A stretch of 64,000 nt of DNA, taken from an uncultured Desulfatitalea sp. GTDB taxonomy: Bacteria > Desulfobacterota > Desulfobacteria > Desulfobacterales > Desulfosarcinaceae. This document shows positions 10,669-20,206 of the stretch, piece after piece. The first letter of the stretch is position 1. The number at the start of each line of letters is the position of its first letter. The position numbers and the translations under genes are program-made. Below the pieces are notes generated by a model, which was not told the DNA's origin, ran no database searches, and worked only from the letters and a program-made list of their open reading frames with translations. The stretch covers positions 1,088,001 to 1,152,000 of the forward strand of contig CAXXMB010000001.1 of NCBI GenBank assembly GCA_963668675.2, written 5' to 3'.

Positions 10669-12822
10669 TTATGATGCGCCCTCCAGGATTTTACGAATTT
10701 TTGTAGAGAGTTGATTCATATTGAAGGGTTTCTGGAGAAAATCGCTGCCCCCCTCCCGCAACAGGTTTCCGGTCTCCTCCATCACGTAGTAACCGCTGGC
10801 AAACAGGACTTTCACATCGGGTTGAACCTGTCGCATCTCCTTGAAGACCGCCTCCCCGTCCATGTCTGGCATCACCATATCGAGGATGACCAGATCGATG
10901 CTCTCTTTGTGCTCGTTAAACAGATCCAGGGCGGCCTGTCCGTTATTGGCGATCAACAGGATGTATCCCAACCCCTCCAGCATCAGGCGCGCTACGTCGA
11001 TGATGTAATCCTCGTCATCCACCAACAATATGGTCTCCGAACCCAGCTTGATGGATTCACTGGGCACATCATCGACCTGCGGATGCTCTTCGGACGCCGG
11101 CAGGTAGACCTCGAATGTACTGCCCATACCAGGACTACTCTTCACGGTGATGATACCGTTGTGGTTTTTCACGATACCAAATACCGAGGCGAGACCCAGA
11201 CCGGTGCCACGCCCCGGCTCCTGGGTTGTAAAAAATGGCTCGAAGATGCGCCGCCGAGTCTCCTGGTTCATCCCGATGCCGGTATCGGTAACGCTGATTT
11301 TGACATACTGCCCAGGCTCCACCTCGAACGGCTTGGTAAAGACGCTGTCCAGAGTGACATTGCCAGTACTGATATACAGATCCCCACTCCCGTTCATTGC
11401 CTGCCAGGCATTTAAAAAGAGGTTGACCATCACCTGCTCGATCTGGCTGCCATCAGCCATCACTGTCCATAAATCCTGCTGGTAATTTCCATGGATCGTA
11501 ATCGCCTTGCGGGTGCGGCCGAACATATCGGCGGCACTTTGCAGTATCTGGTTCATGTCCATCGGCTTGACCACATATTTGCCACCGCGCGCAAATCCGA
11601 GCAGTTGCTTTGTCAGTCGCGATCCGCTGTCGACGCAATTCTCTATGTTTTTCAGTTTTTCGGTAAGTGAGGGTTCCGATTCGGCGTCGATGTACATCAG
11701 GGATACATTCCCCTGGATGCCCATTAATAAGTTATTGAAGTCATGTGCAATTCCACCAGCCAAGGTACCGAGAGACTCCATGCGCTGCGCCTCCTGGAAC
11801 CGGTGCTCGAGCATTTTGCTCTGGGTGATGTCCCGGACCAGGTTCAAGGTCCCCGGCTTGCCCTTCCAGTTGATATTGACGGTGTTCAACTCCACCCAGG
11901 TAATTTCGTTATCCTGATCGAGCACCCGAAATGAGATGGCATGTGGCTTGGCGTCCTCACCATTTAGACGGGAGGTGAAATAGTCCGGATCCTTCCCCCT
12001 GTCCTCCTCGTGAATGTACTCGATCAGCGAGCGACGCAGGTTGGATATGCCCAGCTTACGGGCCATCTCCACCGCCTTGCGGTTGGAGAACCTGAACTGA
12101 TTGTCCTGGTAGATGAAGATGCCCTCATTGGCATTCTCAACCAACAGGCGGTATTTCTCCTCCGATTCGACCAGGGAGGCCTGGCTCTGTTTCAACTCCG
12201 TTATATCACGCCAATGTTCGACAATTCTGAATACACGGCCATCCATATCCTTTATGGGATAGGCGCGGATATCCATCCATACACCCTTGGCATCAATATA
12301 TTTTTCCAGTTGGGAAGGTTCGTTTGTTTCCAGAATCTGGCGGGTAACGCAATTTTCGCAGGGGGCGCCCTGATCGATCAACTCGTAGCAGCGCTTTCCG
12401 ATCACCTCATCTTCCGCTTGATCGAAGAACTGATATCCCGCCTTGTTGAAGCGTATGATGCGATGGTTGCTGTCCTGAACGCCGATGATGTCGGGGATAG
12501 CGTTGAGCATCGTCTCCAGCATCAACGAAGCTTCCCTGAACTGGTCTTCGAAAGCACGTCTTTCGCGCTCTGCCAGACGCCTTTCCCGGTTCTCCTGCAT
12601 CAACTTCTCGTTGGTGTCCATCAGCTCCGCTGTGCGATTGGCCACCAAGGATTCAAAATGATCCCGGTAGCGTACCAGCTCGATTTCCAATCGTTTATGA
12701 TCGGCGACCACCCTGCGAATTCTCTCCTCAGCCGCTTTGCGGGCTTCGCGCTCCTGTAACAGCTGCGCCGTTAGAGATTCGTCGTTGGGTTCCGGTTCTT
12801 TTTTCGTTGCGTCGCTGGTCAT
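10669..12822 (-). CDS. PAS-PAS hybrid sensor histidine kinase/response regulator
   Basis: Coiled coil, two PAS domains, H-box GIAHDFNN, G-boxes DTGIGM and GTGLGL, C-terminal receiver (LLVDDE, DMVMP, KP). Confidence 0.93.
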   Translation of the reverse strand: MTSDATKKEPEPNDESLTAQLLQEREARKAAEERIRRVVADHKRLEIELVRYRDHFESLVANRTAELMDTNEKLMQENRERRLAERERRAFEDQFREASLMLETMLNAIPDIIGVQDSNHRIIRFNKAGYQFFDQAEDEVIGKRCYELIDQGAPCENCVTRQILETNEPSQLEKYIDAKGVWMDIRAYPIKDMDGRVFRIVEHWRDITELKQSQASLVESEEKYRLLVENANEGIFIYQDNQFRFSNRKAVEMARKLGISNLRRSLIEYIHEEDRGKDPDYFTSRLNGEDAKPHAISFRVLDQDNEITWVELNTVNINWKGKPGTLNLVRDITQSKMLEHRFQEAQRMESLGTLAGGIAHDFNNLLMGIQGNVSLMYIDAESEPSLTEKLKNIENCVDSGSRLTKQLLGFARGGKYVVKPMDMNQILQSAADMFGRTRKAITIHGNYQQDLWTVMADGSQIEQVMVNLFLNAWQAMNGSGDLYISTGNVTLDSVFTKPFEVEPGQYVKISVTDTGIGMNQETRRRIFEPFFTTQEPGRGTGLGLASVFGIVKNHNGIITVKSSPGMGSTFEVYLPASEEHPQVDDVPSESIKLGSETILLVDDEDYIIDVARLMLEGLGYILLIANNGQAALDLFNEHKESIDLVILDMVMPDMDGEAVFKEMRQVQPDVKVLFASGYYVMEETGNLLREGGSDFLQKPFNMNQLSTKIRKILEGAS

Positions 12823-13188
12823 CTGTACAAAATCGCCTTTTTAAAAACGGATAATCGAAACTCCTGCTGTAACACCAATTCTTTTAATGACGCGGCACTT
12901 TGGAAAACCGTATAAATTCAACTGGAATTATTTTTTATAACATACTGTTCAGGTCAATAAAAAGGCTGAAATGAGATCCTGAAAATCAAACCAACGCCTA
13001 TATGTACCGAGCTCGATACCGTCTTGATGCACACAATTTCCCAAAACCCGTTCCAGGATTCAAGTTTCGATCAAAGCTGTCGATATGACAGTATATACTC
13101 GTTACACAAAGCGGTCAGGCCTGTATTGCAGAGGTGCACAGGCCACCGACAAAGTTGGTTTTTATTGAATTTTTAGCGGGTTGCAAAG

Positions 13189-15690
13189 ATGACGGAAATG
13201 GATCAAGACAACAGCCCCGATAAAGACGACTCCGAATTCGACGACGAGTTGGACAGCCTGAGCTCGGATGAGAAGGCGGCCTTCGAAAAGATCATGGCCG
13301 AGATCAGCGCTGCGACCGGCACGCCGCAAGAAGCTTCGAGTGCGCCCGCCAAGGAAGCCAAGCCCAAAGAAGCGCCAGCGTCCGCCGAGGCTAAGGATGA
13401 AGCGCCCTCACCCATTGGGACCGACACATCCAATCCAGATATGGATGAAGAGCCATCCCCAGCTGACAAAACAGAGAACAGCGCTACCGTTTTGGAGAAA
13501 GCTTCGACGGACGATCCTCCGGATGAGGACGAAGAGCCTCTCGATGAGGAGCAACAAGCCGCACTTGACGCCATTATGGCAGAAATAGAAGGAAAGAGTG
13601 GTGGTTCGAACAGGGATCCGGATTCGTCGCCACAGCATGATGGTGATGAGGAAGCAGCGAAATCCCCTGAAGATTCGGCAATTGAGGAAGCTCCGGCCAC
13701 TCAGGAGGAGCTGGATGATGAGGAGCTCTCCGATGACCAGCAGGAGGCCCTCGATGCCATCATGAACGAAATCAACTCCAAACGCGGCGGCGATGCCGAC
13801 ACCAAGGAGGCGCCAGTCGAAGCGGAAAATAAAGACGATGAGGAGCTCTCCGACGACCAGCAGGAGGCCCTCGATGCCATCATGGCTGAAATCAACTCCA
13901 AACGCGGCGGCGATGCCGACACCAAGGAGGCGCCAGCCGAGGAGGAGAATAAAGACGATGAGGAGCTCTCCGACGACCAGCAGGAGGCCCTCGATGCCAT
14001 CATGGCTGAAATCAACTCCAAACGCGGCGGCGATGCCGGCACCAAGGAGGCGCCAGCCGAGGAGGAGAATAAAGACGATGAGGAGCTCTCCGATGACCAG
14101 CAGGAGGCCCTCAATGCCATCATGGCTGAAATCAACTCCAAACGTGGTGGTGATGTCGATACCAAGGAGGCACCAGCCGAAGAGGAGAAGCAGGAAGAAT
14201 CGGAAAAGAGCAATTTAACCATCGAAGAGTTCGATGATGAACTGAACAACCTCTTGACCGAAGCGGAGCCGGCAGAGAAACCTACTACAAAATCGCCGGC
14301 AGCCCCCTCAACTGGCAAAGCTGCGTCGCCGACGGAGGAACCTCCCGAAGAGGCGCCAGAGGCCGCAGCTGAAAAAGCGTACCCCATCCTACAAGAGGTA
14401 CCCGTTGCCGAGAATAAGGTTCGAACCTCCAAAAACAAAACGGCTGGTCGAACCCCTTTTCTAACGCGTGGGAAAAGGCGTCTTCTCACCGCTTCACTCG
14501 CCGCCTGCCTGATCGTTTGCGGCGGCTATTATGCGTACCGGTATTTCATGACCAGCGAGGCACCTTCAACGGTTGCTTCTGAAAGGGGCCAGATCGACCA
14601 ACCGGCCGTGCAGGCGGCTGCCGGTGAGACTTCACCTTCGCTCCAGGCGGTACGTGCCGATGAATCCGGAACAGATGAAGCGGGAGAGGCAACCCTGATA
14701 GCGCCCACCCATCCGGAGACGCTCCCGACCGTTTCGGCCCAAGAGGAGGGTTTCTCCTCCTTGAAGCAGCGCTTGTTCGCAGCCCGGGAGCAGATACAGG
14801 CCAAGATTACCGACATCAACCAACTGAAAAGCTATTATGCCCGTGGCATCGAGGAGGAGAAAGAGAAGATCGAGCAGTCTCTCGAACAGGGTCGCATCCC
14901 CTCATTTAACGAGGCCATGGGCAGCAAAGGCATCGAGCTGGCCTTGAGAGCCATTCAACGTCGTAAAACTTATATTGCCAAGCTCGGCACCCCCATATCC
15001 CAACTCAGTGACATGGCAGAGGAACTGCTCTATCTCGAACGACGAACCGATGTTATCGAAACATTGGCCAACGGGATAAACGGATTACCGATCCAGTCCT
15101 TTGAGAACGAAGCCACGGCCATCGTCACAGGCTATCTGCAATACAATACCCAACTCTCCATCGATCAGGTCGAGGCAGCGCCGATCGAGCTCTCTTCCAT
15201 CTGGGACGATATTGCTTCGGAAATCAGCCAAAAGAGCAACCTGCTGGCCCAGCGCGCACCACTGAACCGCGCCATCAGCAAAGAGATCTGCATAGGAAAT
15301 TACGAGCGCAAATATCTGCTGACCGCTCTGTCAGCCCAAACAGCAACCTGTCTGGTTCGATGGCCGGGCAAAGACCTCTATCTCAATGCCGTGAATGAGT
15401 TGACACCGGAAGTGGCCAACGTGCTGTCCCAGTGGCCCGGAGAGTCGATCAGCCTTAACGGCATCAAGGAGCTGTCGGCGGAATCTGCAAAGCATCTCGC
15501 TTCGTGGCCGGGGAAACGCCTCTCCCTCAATGGATTGACCCATCTGTCACCCCAAGCGACAACCCATCTATCCCAGTGGCAGGGTGAACAGCTCGAAATG
15601 GTCGGTCTGCATACGATTGGCCCATGGGAAAATTACGGTACCCGTCTATTTCTATCGGAAAAACTGAGACGACAACTGGAGGAACAATAA
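13189..15690 (+). CDS. Uncharacterised bitopic membrane protein: acidic repeat region, TM helix, helical domain, C-terminal LRR-like repeats
   Basis: 833-aa ORF with D/E-rich N-terminus, KRR followed by TM LLTASLAACLIVCGGYYAY, and 24-aa repeats of type LSLNGLTHLSPQATTHLSQWQG. Confidence 0.8.
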   Translation: MTEMDQDNSPDKDDSEFDDELDSLSSDEKAAFEKIMAEISAATGTPQEASSAPAKEAKPKEAPASAEAKDEAPSPIGTDTSNPDMDEEPSPADKTENSATVLEKASTDDPPDEDEEPLDEEQQAALDAIMAEIEGKSGGSNRDPDSSPQHDGDEEAAKSPEDSAIEEAPATQEELDDEELSDDQQEALDAIMNEINSKRGGDADTKEAPVEAENKDDEELSDDQQEALDAIMAEINSKRGGDADTKEAPAEEENKDDEELSDDQQEALDAIMAEINSKRGGDAGTKEAPAEEENKDDEELSDDQQEALNAIMAEINSKRGGDVDTKEAPAEEEKQEESEKSNLTIEEFDDELNNLLTEAEPAEKPTTKSPAAPSTGKAASPTEEPPEEAPEAAAEKAYPILQEVPVAENKVRTSKNKTAGRTPFLTRGKRRLLTASLAACLIVCGGYYAYRYFMTSEAPSTVASERGQIDQPAVQAAAGETSPSLQAVRADESGTDEAGEATLIAPTHPETLPTVSAQEEGFSSLKQRLFAAREQIQAKITDINQLKSYYARGIEEEKEKIEQSLEQGRIPSFNEAMGSKGIELALRAIQRRKTYIAKLGTPISQLSDMAEELLYLERRTDVIETLANGINGLPIQSFENEATAIVTGYLQYNTQLSIDQVEAAPIELSSIWDDIASEISQKSNLLAQRAPLNRAISKEICIGNYERKYLLTALSAQTATCLVRWPGKDLYLNAVNELTPEVANVLSQWPGESISLNGIKELSAESAKHLASWPGKRLSLNGLTHLSPQATTHLSQWQGEQLEMVGLHTIGPWENYGTRLFLSEKLRRQLEEQ
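13714..14190 (+). repeat. Four near-identical in-frame 120-bp tandem repeats (40-aa unit)
   Basis: Unit DDEELSDDQQEALDAIMAEINSKRGGDADTKEAPAEEENK begins at 13714, 13834, 13954 and 14074. Confidence 0.95.
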
Positions 15691-15693
15691 GAG

Positions 15694-16278
15694 ATGAGAA
15701 TTGACCGCCTCTTTTTCGTCATCATTTGCGGGTTCAGCATGCTGTTGTCCGGACCTGTCATCGGGGCAAGTCGTGTCGATGCGAACCCCAAGGCTGCAGA
15801 GCTCCAGCAGAAGATTGCGGACATCAACCTTCTCCTCCAACAGATCAAAGACCGCTCTGCCCATGTGCAATCTATACGCAACGCGCTCGGCGAGCGGCAC
15901 GATGCGCTGACCTCTGAAATCCAGATCATCCGAAAAAGTCTGGGCATCAAAAGCATCAAACAGGCCCAGCGCCACCTGCGTCTCCACTACAATCTCGACC
16001 TGTTGTGCACCATATTTACATATATGGATGAACTGGATGCTAAATTGTTGCTTCTCCAAACGGGGCGGGATCGACTCAACTATCTCAGGCAATTGGCGGA
16101 AGATGATATCAGGATGATCACCACCCTCAACGATCTCAAGATCGAAGCCCTCACCACCCAGATATCTCTGGTGATCAACCGCTATTTACCAGAGGCCCAC
16201 ACCATCCAGATCGACCCCCAGCACCTGCCCCTTTTGACCGTGCAACAGGTCTGGGATCGACTCACCAAAGGAAGCTGA
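15694..16278 (+). CDS. Secreted helical hypothetical protein
   Basis: Signal-peptide-like N-terminus and coiled coil; starts 3 bp after the upstream stop; resembles the periplasmic domain of 13189..15690. Confidence 0.75.
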   Translation: MRIDRLFFVIICGFSMLLSGPVIGASRVDANPKAAELQQKIADINLLLQQIKDRSAHVQSIRNALGERHDALTSEIQIIRKSLGIKSIKQAQRHLRLHYNLDLLCTIFTYMDELDAKLLLLQTGRDRLNYLRQLAEDDIRMITTLNDLKIEALTTQISLVINRYLPEAHTIQIDPQHLPLLTVQQVWDRLTKGS

Positions 16279-16412
16279 CGGGCTGCCCTCGTCAAGGATC
16301 ACACGCAACACCTATCTCAATAGGAAACAGAGCTGTTTTTTTTGCCATCGCTCTTGCTAATTCTTCTCCTTGCGTCTAAATATGTTTCTTAAGGTCAATC
16401 CCTGAAAATGCT

Positions 16413-16518
16413 GCTGATTAAGTGATCCTGCCTGGGAGAGATTGACTGCGGGTTCCGGTCCCACACCAAGAGCGAAACCCATCAGGTGACAGGCTTCAGG
16501 TCATTTAGCCCCTTCAGC
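16413..16518 (+). ncRNA. Candidate structured RNA (unassigned)
   Basis: Nested complementarity GCTGA/TCAGC, TAAGTGA/TCATTTA, GCCTG/CAGGC, GGGTT/AACCC in a ~360-bp intergenic gap. Confidence 0.35.
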
Positions 16519-16639
16519 GCAAAAAGCAACCATCCGCTCTTTCAGCGAATATCGCCGATGATTTCCCAACCCAAAAAGATGCTTTTCCCAGCGCTGATCC
16601 AATCGAGAACCAACAGCCCATCATGCAAGGAGGATCTCC

Positions 16640-17221
16640 ATGAATCGTTTAAGTTCTTTTCCGGTCTCTGCCTTGATCGCCGCGTTGCTCGTTGCTGTTA
16701 GCACTCCAGTCGTAGCGGATTCATTCACCGATACCGTTGCATTTTTCCAAAAATCGGAAGATTTGAAGCCCTTCTTCGATACCGCTTATGGCTATGCGGT
16801 CTTTCCCAATGTGGGCAAGGGCGCCGTGGGCATAGGAGGTGCTTTCGGACATGGCAAAGTCTACCAGGCCGGCCGCGTTACCGGCGTTACCACGCTGGCA
16901 AAGATATCAATAGGACTCCAATTGGGAGGGCAGGTTTTCCGTGAGATCATCTTCTTTCAGGACCAAAGGTCGTATCAGGAATTCATCAGCGGAAGTTTCG
17001 AGTTAGATGCAACGGCATCGGCTGTGGCCATCACCGTTGGCGCCCAGGCCCAGGCCGGAACTGGAGGCACCAGCGTCGGCGCGAGCACCGGACCGGATAC
17101 AGGCATTCAGTCCAGCCCCGGATACACGAAGGGCATGGCCATCTTTGTCCACTCCAAGGGCGGTTTCATGGCCGAGGCGGCGATCGGCGGCCAGCGGTTC
17201 ACCTTCGAGCCCATAAAATAG
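16640..17221 (+). CDS. Ysc84/SYLF-like lipid-binding exported protein
   Basis: Signal peptide; AYGYAVFPNVGKG, GLQLGGQ, KGGFMAEAAIGGQRF; AGGAGG SD. Confidence 0.8.
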   Translation: MNRLSSFPVSALIAALLVAVSTPVVADSFTDTVAFFQKSEDLKPFFDTAYGYAVFPNVGKGAVGIGGAFGHGKVYQAGRVTGVTTLAKISIGLQLGGQVFREIIFFQDQRSYQEFISGSFELDATASAVAITVGAQAQAGTGGTSVGASTGPDTGIQSSPGYTKGMAIFVHSKGGFMAEAAIGGQRFTFEPIK

Positions 17222-17240
17222 ACGGATCGCGGATACAGGC

Positions 17241-18245
17241 CTAAAGCCGACTCACAGTTCCTCTCAGGATGCCCGACTGGGTTGGCCCCTCGTACGGCAT
17301 CCGCTCTATTTTATCGATTCCCGCCTCTGCCAACATCTGGCGCAGTTGCGCCTCCGAGTATGCCTGCCCCTTTTCCGTGCCGACCAGCATATTCAGAGAG
17401 AAGAGCGCTGGAAAGAGAGGGCCGTCCATATCGTCATCAAGAATAAACTCGTGGATGAATATCAATCCATTTGGCGATAGCGACGCAACAGCCTTGGCGA
17501 TCAGTTTCCGGCAATCCGCCTCTCCCTCACCGTGTAAGATATGTGAGAGCCAAGCCACATCGTATTTGCCGTCAATCTCATCTTCGATAAAATCGCCGGG
17601 ATGAAATCGTATTCGATCTGACAAACCATAGCGGGAGATGGTCTTCTCCGCAAACGGCCGCGTGGTGGGCAGATCGAAAACCGTGGCCGACAGATCGGGA
17701 TTGCGCAAACAGAAGTGGATTGCATATGTGCCCGGGCCACCGCCAAAGTCCAGTAAACGCTCACGTTCCCCCAATGGGATCTGTTCGACCACCGCAGAGG
17801 CCTGCTGCGTGGCCTGATTGAACATCCCCATGAGAAAAGCCTCCCTTTGCTGTCCGCCACTGAACGAGGCGCTTTGGCGCTGCGGTTCACCCGTCCGAAC
17901 AGATTCATCCAACCGGGTCCATGATGGTGAAAGATGATGGTGATGCATAATGAGATAGCCGATAAACTCCTCAGACGTCTCCACCAGAAATCGGCGGGCT
18001 GCTTCGGCCAGTGCGTAGCGTCTCTCTTTTTTTCGAATCAGCGCCATGGCGCAAAGCGCGTTGAGCAACCTTTCCGTACCGTCACTATCGGTTTGCAATT
18101 TCTGTGATACCGCTTCTGCGCTCAATGGTTCTTTCGAAAGAGCGTTAAAAAAGCTCAATTTTACCGCAGCGTGCAGTGCAAAGGCTTGCCAGTAGCTTCC
18201 TGAAAGCTGTAGAAGGGAGCCGGGATGCCAGTCAAATGTACTCAT
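17241..18245 (-). CDS. SAM-dependent O-methyltransferase family protein (with dimerisation domain)
   Basis: LDFGGGPG, FDLP, GDF, SHILH motifs; N-terminal winged-helix-like dimerisation region. Confidence 0.88.
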   Translation of the reverse strand: MSTFDWHPGSLLQLSGSYWQAFALHAAVKLSFFNALSKEPLSAEAVSQKLQTDSDGTERLLNALCAMALIRKKERRYALAEAARRFLVETSEEFIGYLIMHHHHLSPSWTRLDESVRTGEPQRQSASFSGGQQREAFLMGMFNQATQQASAVVEQIPLGERERLLDFGGGPGTYAIHFCLRNPDLSATVFDLPTTRPFAEKTISRYGLSDRIRFHPGDFIEDEIDGKYDVAWLSHILHGEGEADCRKLIAKAVASLSPNGLIFIHEFILDDDMDGPLFPALFSLNMLVGTEKGQAYSEAQLRQMLAEAGIDKIERMPYEGPTQSGILRGTVSRL

Positions 18246-18287
18246 AGGGACCTCCAACGGTGTAAAGTTCAAGCGTCAATAGCGTCT

Positions 18288-18749
18288 CTATCCCACATTC
18301 GGCATGAGTGCCCACCGGATGACAACATGGGTGCTGTCCGGGTAAAAATCCATACAGATGATGCCGCCGTTTTGCATCCTGAAAACCGGTGGTCCGGTTT
18401 TACCCGTGACGAGATAGGCGACCAGCTTCTCGAGAAAAGGTAAGTGCCCGACCACCATCACATCGTCGGTGATCTGCAATGCGTCGCCAAAGGCGGCTGT
18501 ATCGTCCAGGGGCTTGATCCCGTCAATCGAATCGACCCCATTTGCAGGAGATAATTTTTCAGCCAATATTTCTGCCGTTTGCAAAGCCCGTTGTTTCCCG
18601 CTGTGTACGATTCGTGAAACGCTGATGCCGTAGTGGGCCGCCACTTCGGCAATACGTCCAACCTCCGCAGCGCCCTCCTCCGAAAGCCCCTTGCGTGGGT
18701 CTTGCTCTTTGGGCAGGCTTTTTCCATGCTGAACCAGATAGAGTGCCAT
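18288..18749 (-). CDS. sixA: Phosphohistidine phosphatase SixA
   Basis: LYLVQHG, RALQTAE and VGHLP motifs; 153 aa. Confidence 0.85.
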   Translation of the reverse strand: MALYLVQHGKSLPKEQDPRKGLSEEGAAEVGRIAEVAAHYGISVSRIVHSGKQRALQTAEILAEKLSPANGVDSIDGIKPLDDTAAFGDALQITDDVMVVGHLPFLEKLVAYLVTGKTGPPVFRMQNGGIICMDFYPDSTHVVIRWALMPNVG

Positions 18750-18848
18750 CTTTTTCCCCCTTTCTTACCGCATTTTTTTTGTAACCAATTATCGGGATGT
18801 GATTCTCTAACCAGAGGCAATAAATGCCTATCTTTATACCTCCTCCCT

Positions 18849-18880
18849 GCATCGGCGGCTTTTGCCGCCGATGCTTTTTT
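18849..18880 (+). terminator. Strong intrinsic terminator-like hairpin with no adjacent plus-strand CDS
   Basis: Perfect 11-bp stem GCATCGGCGGC-TTTT-GCCGCCGATGC followed by TTTTTT. Confidence 0.7.
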
Positions 18881-19034
18881 GGTATTACGCATCTATTCAA
18901 CAGCCGATCCCATTGTTCGTCTTAAATCGACAGCTCTATTTCAGTTTTCATCTTGCCTGCCTATGCGTTCACGCCTATATTGCGTCTGCTTGCAACATAT
19001 CAACGACCCTGACACCATTTGAAAGGAATATCCA

Positions 19035-19658
19035 GTGCCTAAACCTGAAAAGGCCTTGAAAGGCTATATCAAGACAGAGAGCGTGATACTTCTGGTGGCG
19101 GTTACGCTGGCGATTGGTTTTGTGAGCGGCGTTGTTTTCAGCGCCTACCGCTCGAGCCAAGCAACCATGGGTTCCCTTGGAACATCCGCTCCTCAGATGA
19201 CCGCCCAACAACAAGAGACACTTGAAGCACTGGTCGAGAGGACTGAAAAAAACCCCCAGGATTTCGAGGCGTGGACCCGACTGGGCCACCTCTATTTTGA
19301 CACGGGGCAGCCCTCTATTGCCATCGAAGCGTATGAAACGGCCCTCAAGATCAATGGCAATCGACCGGATGTATGGACCGATCTGGGCGTCATGTATCGA
19401 CGCTCCGGCAAATCGGACAAGGCGATTGAGAGTTTCGACAACGCCCTGTCCCACGATCCCAATCATCAGATTGCGCTGTACAACAAAGGGATCGTCTTGA
19501 TGCACGACATGAAGGATCCGGAGGCGGCACTATCGGCATGGGAGCGACTGGTCCTCCTTCATCCGGACGCCAAAACGCCGGCCGGCGAACCCCTGACCCA
19601 TATCATCGAACAGTTGAAACAGAATATTGAGAAACAGGAGAAAGGACCGAAGAGCTGA
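19035..19658 (+). CDS. Membrane-anchored tetratricopeptide repeat protein
   Basis: N-terminal TM; TPR units AWTRLGHLYFD, VWTDLGVMYRR, ALYNKGIVL. Confidence 0.85.
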   Translation: MPKPEKALKGYIKTESVILLVAVTLAIGFVSGVVFSAYRSSQATMGSLGTSAPQMTAQQQETLEALVERTEKNPQDFEAWTRLGHLYFDTGQPSIAIEAYETALKINGNRPDVWTDLGVMYRRSGKSDKAIESFDNALSHDPNHQIALYNKGIVLMHDMKDPEAALSAWERLVLLHPDAKTPAGEPLTHIIEQLKQNIEKQEKGPKS

Positions 19659-19660
19659 CC

Positions 19661-20200
19661 ATGGAGACACGCGTAAACGAACGACACATTCTCCGCCAAG
19701 GGCGGGTGTTTGACATTACGGTTGAAAACGTCACTCTCTCCAACGGCTACACGGTTGATCTGGAGGTGATTCGCCATCCCGGAGCATCGGCCATCGTCCC
19801 CCTTCTCGACGACAACCGGGTGCTGATGCTCAAGCAGTATCGACACGCCGTGGGCCAATCCATATGGGAGATTCCAGCCGGAACCTTTGACGGCAAGGAG
19901 GACCCACTGGTGTGCGCCCGGCGAGAATTAACGGAAGAGACGGGTTACACAGCGCTCCATTGGGATCGGTTAGGGGCCATCACCCCTGTTCCGGGGTATT
20001 CTGACGAAACCATACACCTCTTTCTGGCATCCGATCTATCGCCTGCCAGTCAACAACTCGACCAGGATGAAATACTCGAAGTTCACCCCCTGCCCATCAC
20101 ACAGGTGGTGGATATGATCAAAGCGGGACAGATTCAGGACGCCAAGACCATTGCAGCAGTCTTTTCCACATTGTCGAAACGGTTTGACCTTTCGTTCTGA
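19661..20200 (+). CDS. NUDIX hydrolase, ADP-ribose pyrophosphatase-like
   Basis: KQYRHAV, EIPAG...ARRELTEETG Nudix box, DAKT. Confidence 0.88.
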   Translation: METRVNERHILRQGRVFDITVENVTLSNGYTVDLEVIRHPGASAIVPLLDDNRVLMLKQYRHAVGQSIWEIPAGTFDGKEDPLVCARRELTEETGYTALHWDRLGAITPVPGYSDETIHLFLASDLSPASQQLDQDEILEVHPLPITQVVDMIKAGQIQDAKTIAAVFSTLSKRFDLSF

Positions 20201-20206
20201 TATCGT

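Noticed and set aside
13714..14190. CRISPR-like array
   Set aside because: Repeats are contiguous 120-bp in-frame coding units with no unique spacers and no cas genes.
13203..14489. Long Ser-rich minus-strand ORFs (13203..13700, 13701..14489) and alternate-frame 13793..14218
   Set aside because: Shadows of the Asp/Glu-rich repeat gene.
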